A stretch of DNA of 64,000 nucleotides, taken from NCBI GenBank assembly GCA_012838305.1, contig DUPN01000003.1, forward strand, positions 29,335 to 93,334. Direction: 5' to 3'. The notes below the pieces were generated by a model. That model was given only the letters and a program-made list of their open reading frames with translations, had not been told where the DNA came from and made no database searches. This document shows positions 56,964 through 64,000 of this stretch, piece after piece. A program made the position numbers and the translations under genes. The stretch is from Bacillota bacterium. Its GTDB lineage: Bacteria; Bacillota; Limnochordia; Darwinibacteriales; Darwinibacteriaceae. Within the stretch, counting starts at the first letter, position 1, and every line of letters starts with the position of its first letter.

Positions 56964-58958
56964 ATGATGGTGGACAATCCCTTCCGAGTAGTGGCTCCCT
57001 TTGAACCGCAGGGCGATCAGCCCAAGGCAATCCAGGCATTGGTTTCAGGAATTCGTGCCGGAATGAAACACCAGACCTTGCTGGGCGTGACCGGTTCGGG
57101 AAAAACCTATACCATGGCCAAGGTGGTAGAGGCGGTGCAAAAGCCCACCTTGGTTCTGGCCCACAACAAAACCTTGGCAGCGCAGCTCTGCAGTGAATTT
57201 CGGGAGTTTTTCCCCCACAATGCAGTGCACTACTTCGTGAGTTACTATGACTATTACCAGCCTGAGGCTTATGTGCCTACTAGCGACACATATATCGAGA
57301 AGGATGCTTCGATCAATGATGAGATCGATCGCCTGCGTCATGCGGCCACCAGCGCACTTTTTGAACGACGTGATGTGCTCATTGTGGCCAGTGTCTCCTG
57401 CATCTACGGCTTGGGATCGCCGGAGGACTACGCGGGGATGACCTTCTCCCTTAAGAATGGGGAGTACAGAGACCGCGATCACATTTTACGGCGTTTGGTG
57501 GGGATTCAATATGAACGCAACGATATCGGTTTTACCCGTGGCAGCTTTAGGGTCCGCGGTGATGTGGTGGAGATCAATCCCGTGGGCAGCGAAACGGTGA
57601 TTCGGATCGAGATGTTTGGAGACGAGATTGAGCGGATTCAAGAGATCGATCCGATTACTGGAGAAATCCTAGGCCATCGCGATCAGCTTACTATCTATCC
57701 AGCGTCTCACTTTATCACGCCTGAGGAGAAACTTAAACGAGCCTTACCGGTCATCGAGGCTGAATTGGAGGAACGGCTCCAGGTGCTGCGCAGTCAGGAC
57801 AAACTCCTGGAAGCACAGCGGCTGGAGCAGAGGACCCGCTATGACTTGGAGATGTTGGCTGAGCTTGGTTATTGTACCGGGGTGGAAAATTACTCCGCAC
57901 CTTTGAGCGGCCGCAGACCGGGCGAAACCCCGGCCACGCTCCTTGACTATTTCCCCAAAGACTACTTGATGATCATTGATGAAGCCCATGTGACGATACC
58001 GCAGGTCAGGGCGATGTACTTCGGAGACCGCTCCCGGAAGGAAAACCTGGTGGAATATGGTTTCCGCCTGCCGTCAGCCTTGGACAATCGGCCTTTACAG
58101 TTTCCCGAATTTGAGGCCCATATGAATCAGGTAGTCTATGTTTCGGCGACGCCGGGGCCTTATGAACTGGAGCACTCGGAACAAGTGGTGGAGCAAGTGA
58201 TTCGCCCCACAGGACTGGTTGATCCCCAGGTTGTGGTGCGCCCTGTGCAGGGACAGATTGATGATCTGATCGACGAAATTGGGTTGGTCTTGGCCAGGAA
58301 GGAGCGGGTTCTCGTGACCACGCTGACCAAACGCATGGCAGAAGACCTTACCCAGTACTTCACTGAAGTGGGGCTGAAAGTGCGCTATCTGCACTCTGAT
58401 GTGGAAACCTTGGATCGCATTGAGATCCTGCGGGAACTGCGCCAAGGGGTCTTCGATGTTCTGGTGGGGATCAACCTTCTCCGTGAAGGTCTGGATCTGC
58501 CGGAGGTGTCCTTAGTGGCCATATTGGATGCAGATCAGGAGGGCTTCTTGCGGTCGTCCACATCTCTGGTACAGACGATTGGTCGTGCCGCCCGAAATGT
58601 GGAAGGCAAGGTGATCATGTATGCTGATCGCATCACCGATTCCATGCGATATGCCATCGATGAAACGAATCGCCGCCGAGCGATTCAGATGGAATACAAT
58701 GAACGCATGGGGATTACACCAGCGAGCATTGAGAAGTCGATTCGGGACATTGCCCAAGAGATCTCCGCGGATCAGGTGGCGGAGGAGAAACCAAGCTATG
58801 GGGCCCGCCTCGGCGGTTCGCTCAAAGAGGTAATAGCTCTCATTCAGGAGCTGGAAGAGGAGATGTACAGAGCGGCCCAAGATCTCAATTTCGAGCGGGC
58901 TGCTGAACTCCGGGATGAGATCCAGGAGATACGGGTTGAAATGGGGTTGTCAGTTTGA
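56964..58958 (+). CDS. uvrB: Excinuclease ABC subunit B (UvrB)
   Basis: It has [20 protein letters not shown] and the helicase motifs, plus the C-terminal UVR domain ([12 protein letters not shown]). Confidence 0.9.
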   Translation: MMVDNPFRVVAPFEPQGDQPKAIQALVSGIRAGMKHQTLLGVTGSGKTYTMAKVVEAVQKPTLVLAHNKTLAAQLCSEFREFFPHNAVHYFVSYYDYYQPEAYVPTSDTYIEKDASINDEIDRLRHAATSALFERRDVLIVASVSCIYGLGSPEDYAGMTFSLKNGEYRDRDHILRRLVGIQYERNDIGFTRGSFRVRGDVVEINPVGSETVIRIEMFGDEIERIQEIDPITGEILGHRDQLTIYPASHFITPEEKLKRALPVIEAELEERLQVLRSQDKLLEAQRLEQRTRYDLEMLAELGYCTGVENYSAPLSGRRPGETPATLLDYFPKDYLMIIDEAHVTIPQVRAMYFGDRSRKENLVEYGFRLPSALDNRPLQFPEFEAHMNQVVYVSATPGPYELEHSEQVVEQVIRPTGLVDPQVVVRPVQGQIDDLIDEIGLVLARKERVLVTTLTKRMAEDLTQYFTEVGLKVRYLHSDVETLDRIEILRELRQGVFDVLVGINLLREGLDLPEVSLVAILDADQEGFLRSSTSLVQTIGRAARNVEGKVIMYADRITDSMRYAIDETNRRRAIQMEYNERMGITPASIEKSIRDIAQEISADQVAEEKPSYGARLGGSLKEVIALIQELEEEMYRAAQDLNFERAAELRDEIQEIRVEMGLSV

Positions 58959-61789
58959 AGGACAAATTAATCATACAAGGTGCAAGACAGCACAATTTAA
59001 AGAATATCAACGTGGAAATACCCAGAAACAAGCTGGTTGTGGTGACCGGATTATCCGGGTCGGGCAAGTCATCATTGGCCTTTGATACCATCTATGCGGA
59101 GGGACAGCGCCGCTATGTCGAGTCCTTGTCTGCCTATGCCCGGCAATTCTTGGGGCAGATGGATAAACCTGATGTGGACAGCATTGAAGGGCTGTCACCG
59201 GCCATTTCCATTGATCAGAAAACGACCAGTCGTAATCCCCGTTCCACCGTGGGAACGGTAACGGAGATTTACGACTATTTGCGCCTCCTTTTCGCCAGGG
59301 TGGGCCGGCCCCATTGTCCTAACTGCGGAAAGCCCATTACTCAACAAACGGTAGAGCAAATCGTGGATCAAATCCTCAGCCTCCCCCAGGGTACGAGAAT
59401 TCAGGTCTTGGCCCCCATCGTTCGGGGACGAAAGGGGGAGCACAGAAAAACCATTGAAGGAGTGGCTAAGGAGGGTTTTGTGCGGATTCGCATCGATGGC
59501 GAGCTTCGCGAGGTGACCGATCTACCTGAGCTGGAAAAGAATAAGAAGCACAATATCGAAATTGTGGTGGACCGAATCAGTGTCCGTCCCGATTTGGGCG
59601 GACGGATCAGCGACTCGGTGCAGACCGCCTTGGAGCATGGCGGCGGTCTGGTTTATGTGGATGTTATCGGCCAGGACGAGCTGACCTTTAGTGCCAAATT
59701 CTCCTGTATCGATTGCGGGATTTCCATGGAAGAATTGGCTCCGCGCATGTTTTCCTTTAACAGTCCTTTTGGGGCCTGCCCAGGATGTGAAGGTCTGGGG
59801 ACCAAACAAGAGCTGGATCCAGACCTGCTCTTGGATTTGGATTTGTCCATTGAAGAGGGAGGGCTGATCCCTTGGCGTAACAGCAAGAGCCGCTGGAGGA
59901 ATGCCATTTTAAAGAGCGCCTGCGAAAAATACGGGATCAACAGAGACCTCCCCCTGCGGCAGCTCACAGAGGATCAGCTCAACATGCTCTTGCATGGTCT
60001 CGGCGATGAGCTCCTCAAGTTTCAATACATCAACACGGCGGGCCGAGAACGGACCTATGAGGCTCCGTTTGACGGCCTGATCGGTTCTTTAGAGCGCCGC
60101 TACCGGGAAAGCCCTTCAGAGTGGGTGCGGGCCGATGTGGAGCAGTACATGAGCATTCGAACTTGTAATGAATGTCTGGGCAGGCGCCTCCGCCCCGAGG
60201 TTTTGGGTGTCTTGGTTGGAGATAAGAACATCATGGATGTGACGGGCCTCTCCATTCAGGAGTGTTTAGACTTCTTTGCTAACCTGGACCTGACCTCCAG
60301 GGAGGAACTGATTGCCCGCCAAATTGTGAAGGAGATCCGGGAACGCTTGTCGTTTTTGGTCAATGTGGGCCTGGACTATTTAGCCTTGGACCGTCCTGCA
60401 GCCACGCTCTCCGGAGGAGAAGCGCAGCGCATACGTCTGGCGACGCAAATTGGCTCGAGTCTAACAGGCGTACTTTACATCCTCGATGAGCCCAGTATTG
60501 GCCTGCACCAAAGGGATAACGGCAAGCTCCTGGAGTCCCTGAAGGAGTTGCGGGACTTAGGAAATACCTTGATCATCGTGGAGCACGATGAAGAAACCAT
60601 GACGGTAGCGGACTGGATTGTCGATATGGGGCCAGGTGCGGGCAGTCATGGCGGTGAGGTGGTGGCGCAAGGAACTTGGGATGACATCTGCAGGGAGCCC
60701 AAATCCATTACGGGTAAGTATTTGAAGGGCGAGAAGATGATTCGGGTCCCGCGGGAGCGCCGCAAGCCCAATGGCAACTGGTTGACGATTCGGGGTGCCA
60801 GAGAGCATAACCTCAAGAACATCGATGTGAAACTCCCCTTAGGAGTATTTGTCGCTGTTACAGGTGTGTCCGGCTCGGGCAAGAGCACCTTGATTAATGA
60901 TATTTTGTATAAGAAGCTGAGCCAGGTGATGCATGGAGCTCGCGCTAAGCCGGGGGAGCATGATTCCATCCAGGGTCTAGAGTTCATTGACAAAGTGATC
61001 GAGATTGATCAGTCGCCAATTGGGCGAACCCCCCGTTCCAATCCGGCCACCTACACGGGGGCCTTCGACGGGATTCGGGAGCTCTTTGCCCTCACAACAG
61101 AGGCTAAGGTGCGGGGCTATGATAAGGGGCGCTTTAGTTTTAACGTGAAGGGCGGCCGCTGTGAGGCCTGCAGGGGAGATGGAATCCTCCGCATTGAGAT
61201 GCACTTTTTGCCCGACGTCTATGTGCCTTGTGAAGTGTGTCAGGGGAAACGATATGGTCGGGAAACCCTGGAAGTAAAGTACAAAGGTAAATCCATTGCC
61301 GATGTCTTGAACATGCAGATTGAAGAGGCGGCGGAATTCTTTCAAAATGTGCCGAAAATTCACAGAAAGATTCAAACCCTCTATGATGTTGGCCTGGGCT
61401 ATGTCAAACTGGGACAACCCGCCACAGAGCTCTCCGGCGGGGAAGCTCAGAGGGTGAAGCTCGCCACGGAGCTCAGCCGCAGGAGTAATGGGAAGACACT
61501 CTATCTCTTGGATGAGCCCACCACTGGACTCCATTTCGAAGACATTCGCAAACTGTTGACAGTGCTGGAGCGTCTGGTGGACGCCGGTGATACGGTGGTG
61601 GTGATTGAGCACAATCTTGATGTAATCAAAACCGCCGACTACATTATCGACTTAGGTCCCGAGGGCGGAGAGCGGGGCGGAACCATTGTGGCCCAAGGTA
61701 CGCCGGAAGAAGTGGCCCAGGTACCCACATCCTATACGGGGCAGTTTCTGCAAAAAGTTCTCAGTGACCGGCGGTTGTCGCGGAGGTGA
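58955..61789 (+). CDS. uvrA: Excinuclease ABC subunit A (UvrA)
   Basis: It has two ABC modules ([27 protein letters not shown]), zinc-finger Cys clusters, and a length of 944 aa. Confidence 0.9.
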   Translation: MKDKLIIQGARQHNLKNINVEIPRNKLVVVTGLSGSGKSSLAFDTIYAEGQRRYVESLSAYARQFLGQMDKPDVDSIEGLSPAISIDQKTTSRNPRSTVGTVTEIYDYLRLLFARVGRPHCPNCGKPITQQTVEQIVDQILSLPQGTRIQVLAPIVRGRKGEHRKTIEGVAKEGFVRIRIDGELREVTDLPELEKNKKHNIEIVVDRISVRPDLGGRISDSVQTALEHGGGLVYVDVIGQDELTFSAKFSCIDCGISMEELAPRMFSFNSPFGACPGCEGLGTKQELDPDLLLDLDLSIEEGGLIPWRNSKSRWRNAILKSACEKYGINRDLPLRQLTEDQLNMLLHGLGDELLKFQYINTAGRERTYEAPFDGLIGSLERRYRESPSEWVRADVEQYMSIRTCNECLGRRLRPEVLGVLVGDKNIMDVTGLSIQECLDFFANLDLTSREELIARQIVKEIRERLSFLVNVGLDYLALDRPAATLSGGEAQRIRLATQIGSSLTGVLYILDEPSIGLHQRDNGKLLESLKELRDLGNTLIIVEHDEETMTVADWIVDMGPGAGSHGGEVVAQGTWDDICREPKSITGKYLKGEKMIRVPRERRKPNGNWLTIRGAREHNLKNIDVKLPLGVFVAVTGVSGSGKSTLINDILYKKLSQVMHGARAKPGEHDSIQGLEFIDKVIEIDQSPIGRTPRSNPATYTGAFDGIRELFALTTEAKVRGYDKGRFSFNVKGGRCEACRGDGILRIEMHFLPDVYVPCEVCQGKRYGRETLEVKYKGKSIADVLNMQIEEAAEFFQNVPKIHRKIQTLYDVGLGYVKLGQPATELSGGEAQRVKLATELSRRSNGKTLYLLDEPTTGLHFEDIRKLLTVLERLVDAGDTVVVIEHNLDVIKTADYIIDLGPEGGERGGTIVAQGTPEEVAQVPTSYTGQFLQKVLSDRRLSRR

Positions 61790-61793
61790 GTGC

Positions 61794-63632
61794 ATGGATC
61801 TTCAAGATAAATTAGCCCTGCTGCCAACGGATCCCGGAGTCTATCTCATGCTGAATGAAGCGGGAGAGGTTATCTATGTGGGCAAGGCCGTCAATTTGCG
61901 CAACCGGGTGCGCTCCTACTTTCAAAAGTCCAGCACCCAGCCCATCAAGGTGCAGGCACTGGTGGAGCATATTGCTGATTTGGAGTACATTGTAACTGAT
62001 TCAGAGATGGAAGCCCTGATCTTGGAGAACAACCTGATCAAAAAGCATTCTCCCCGTTACAATGTGCGGCTGAAAGACGATAAGACCTACCCCTATATCA
62101 AAGTGACCGTCCAGGAGACCTTTCCTCGGGTGCTGATGGTCCGCAAACGCCTGCCGGACGGTGCCCGTTACTTCGGCCCTTACACCGATGTCACTGTGGT
62201 CAAGAAGACCTTGGCCTTTTTGCGCACTCTTTTTCCGGTGCGCAGTTGCAATAAAGCGATTGAAGAGGGAGCACAGGAACGGCCCTGCCTTAACTATCAC
62301 ATTGGACGCTGTCTAGCCCCCTGTGCGGGCCTGGTCAGCAAGGAAGAGTACGGCACCATGATTAGCGAGGTGTTGTTGTTTCTGGAGGGACGGATTGATC
62401 GCCTCATTCCGCAATTGACCAAGGAAATGCATCAAGCCTCCGAACGCCTGGAATATGAGAAGGCCGCCCGCTTTCGCAATCAAATCAGGGGACTCCAGTC
62501 TTTGGCAGAGAAACAGAAGATCGTGGCGGAGCACGCGGAAGATCAAGACTATGTGGGCTATGCCCGCCATGGCGAACTAGTCTGTGCTCAGGTGTTTTTT
62601 GTGCGCAGCGGGAAACTCATTGGCCGGGAGCACTTCTTACTAGAATGCTCGGCCGATGAAGAAGAAGGAGAGATTCTGCGGGGATTTCTCCAGCAATACT
62701 ACGAGGAAGCATCGTATATCCCCCGGGAAATCTTCACTCCGGTAGCTGTGGATCAAGCGGCGGTTATGGAGGATTGGCTGGGGAATCTCAGGGGCAGCCG
62801 AGTCTATTTGCGCCGTCCCCAGCGGGGTGCCAAGAAGCATCTGCTTGACTTGGTAATCAAGAATGCTCAGATTGTTTTGGATGAGACCCGCAGCCGCGGC
62901 AGCTTCAAACAAAGGGCTCTGGAGCGAGCCCTTCAAGACCTGCAGGAGCTCGTGCAGCTGCCTGAGCCCCCCAATCGGATCGAAGCCTTTGATATCTCCA
63001 ATCTACAAGGTAGCAATGTTGTGGCGTCCTTAGTGGTTTGGGAAAACGGGGACTTCAAGAGTTCGGATTACCGCCGTTTTCGGATTCGAGGGGTGGAAGG
63101 AGCTCCCAATGATTACGCGGCGATGCGGGAGGCGGTAGGACGCAGATTTAGGCGGGGATTACAGGAGCAGTCCGGGGAGTCTCTGGAGCAGAAGTTTGCT
63201 GCATTTCCCGATCTTGTGCTCATTGACGGGGGAAAAGGGCAATTGGGAGTAGCCTTGGAGGTAAGGCAGGAGCTGGACTTGATTATTCCTTTTTTATCCC
63301 TGGCGGAAAAGCGAGAAGAAATCTACCTGGAGGGGCAGTCGCAGCCGGTGGTTTGGCCCCTTGACTCACCGGGACTGCTCCTCTTGCGCAGGATCCGGGA
63401 TGAGGCTCATCGCTTTGCCCTCACTTATCACCGCAATTTGCGAGGTAAGGCCACCCGGGGTTCCGTCTTGGATGCGATCCCTGGAGTGGGGCCGAAACGC
63501 AAGAAGGAACTCATTCGGCATTTCGGCACGATTAAGAAGATCCGAGCCGCCACTTTAGACGAACTCAGCGAAGTGACAGGCATCAGTGCCAAACTGGCTG
63601 CGGAGATCTATCAGCATCTGCAACAGAGCTAG
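61794..63632 (+). CDS. uvrC: Excinuclease ABC subunit C (UvrC)
   Basis: It has a GIY-YIG N-terminus (PGVYLMLNEAGEVIYVGKAVNLRNRVRSYF), a UVR domain, and the RNase H-like and HhH C-terminus. The start is ATG at 61794 after GGAGGTG. Confidence 0.9.
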   Translation: MDLQDKLALLPTDPGVYLMLNEAGEVIYVGKAVNLRNRVRSYFQKSSTQPIKVQALVEHIADLEYIVTDSEMEALILENNLIKKHSPRYNVRLKDDKTYPYIKVTVQETFPRVLMVRKRLPDGARYFGPYTDVTVVKKTLAFLRTLFPVRSCNKAIEEGAQERPCLNYHIGRCLAPCAGLVSKEEYGTMISEVLLFLEGRIDRLIPQLTKEMHQASERLEYEKAARFRNQIRGLQSLAEKQKIVAEHAEDQDYVGYARHGELVCAQVFFVRSGKLIGREHFLLECSADEEEGEILRGFLQQYYEEASYIPREIFTPVAVDQAAVMEDWLGNLRGSRVYLRRPQRGAKKHLLDLVIKNAQIVLDETRSRGSFKQRALERALQDLQELVQLPEPPNRIEAFDISNLQGSNVVASLVVWENGDFKSSDYRRFRIRGVEGAPNDYAAMREAVGRRFRRGLQEQSGESLEQKFAAFPDLVLIDGGKGQLGVALEVRQELDLIIPFLSLAEKREEIYLEGQSQPVVWPLDSPGLLLLRRIRDEAHRFALTYHRNLRGKATRGSVLDAIPGVGPKRKKELIRHFGTIKKIRAATLDELSEVTGISAKLAAEIYQHLQQS

Positions 63633-63650
63633 CTGCAGCTAGCCTTCTTT
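63628..63650. terminator. Perfect 16-bp palindrome (GCTAGCTGCAGCTAGC) followed by CTTCTTTT; a candidate terminator hairpin spanning the uvrC stop codon
   Basis: The sequence is self-complementary, with stem GCTAGC, loop TGCA and stem GCTAGC, and has a downstream T-rich run. Confidence 0.35.
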
Positions 63651-63906
63651 TACCAGGAAGTCCACAGCTTCTTTTAGATTCTCGGTAAAGTGCTCGGATA
63701 CGTTGTGTTCTAAATCCACTTCCACTATGAGCTCTATGGGAAAACCCATGCCCCTAAAAGCTTTTGAGTTGCTTCGCTCGCTGACAACAGGGGTTTCGGC
63801 GTCCAGTTCTCTGGTTCCCGCACCAAGAGGCGGCGTCTGCTCTCAGCCTGCGTTTTCGTACAGATAGCCAGGCACGACCTTGCCAGGAAGGAAAGGATCG
63901 AGACTC

Positions 63907-64000
63907 ATGCACAAGGTGCAAGCGCAAGGCATACTGTCAGCTCAAAACGGGATGAACATGTATCGCGGCTGCACTCACCGCTGCATTTACTGTGACTCGC
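63907..64000 (+). CDS. Radical SAM protein, N-terminal fragment (CxxxCxxC); truncated by the window end
   Basis: MHKVQAQGILSAQNGMNMYRGCTHRCIYCDS carries the CTHRCIYC radical-SAM cluster motif in a context resembling SPL/photolyase-like radical SAM proteins. The RBS is AGGAAAGGA. Confidence 0.45.
   Translation, partial: MHKVQAQGILSAQNGMNMYRGCTHRCIYCDS

Noticed and set aside
1-64000. Search for mobile elements, integrases, transposases, phage genes, restriction-modification systems and CRISPR-Cas
   Set aside because: None were found. There are no transposase or integrase-like ORFs, no direct or inverted terminal repeats, and no repeat-spacer arrays. The window looks like core chromosome.

Overview
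This window is a gene-dense (~85% coding) chromosomal segment with moderately high GC (about 55-60% by eye). The gene content is Firmicute-like, but it also carries a full outer-membrane/LPS gene set, so the most likely source is a diderm Firmicute. This lineage call is inference. Firmicute-like elements are two SAM-I (S-box) riboswitches, comFA-comFC, csrA, a YwqD/YwqE-type tyrosine kinase and phosphatase, and hpf-secA-prfB synteny. The outer-membrane elements are the tail of lptF/G, then lptD, lptC and lptA, an unusual permease with a giant ectodomain plus its ABC ATPase, fabZ, lpxB, lptB, a DUF3084-like protein and an OmpM-type porin with an SLH domain. A second SLH-like outer-membrane protein follows, then a Wza-like exporter with 8 SLBB repeats and a Wzz/Tyr-kinase/PHP-phosphatase module. 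Housekeeping genes include thiI, iscS, metK, a riboswitch-controlled metNIQ operon, a GH13 neopullulanase, cspA, hpf, secA, prfB with its programmed +1 frameshift, a csaB/tagA cell-wall polymer cluster, ctpA, ppa and contiguous uvrB, uvrA and uvrC.

The strongest novelty candidate is at 27.7-31.0 kb. It is a three-gene operon with a perfect sigma-70 consensus promoter that encodes a small secreted pilin-like protein, a periplasmic protein with two Ig-like repeats resembling a PapD-type chaperone, and a 689 aa beta-rich outer-membrane protein. This looks like a chaperone-usher-like fibre system and is probably co-transcribed with the GH13 enzyme. A second candidate is a FolC-family ligase paired with a large protein carrying a DUF867/PghP-like gamma-glutamyl hydrolase domain, inserted between hpf and secA. 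No CRISPR arrays, IS elements, rRNA or tRNA genes were seen.
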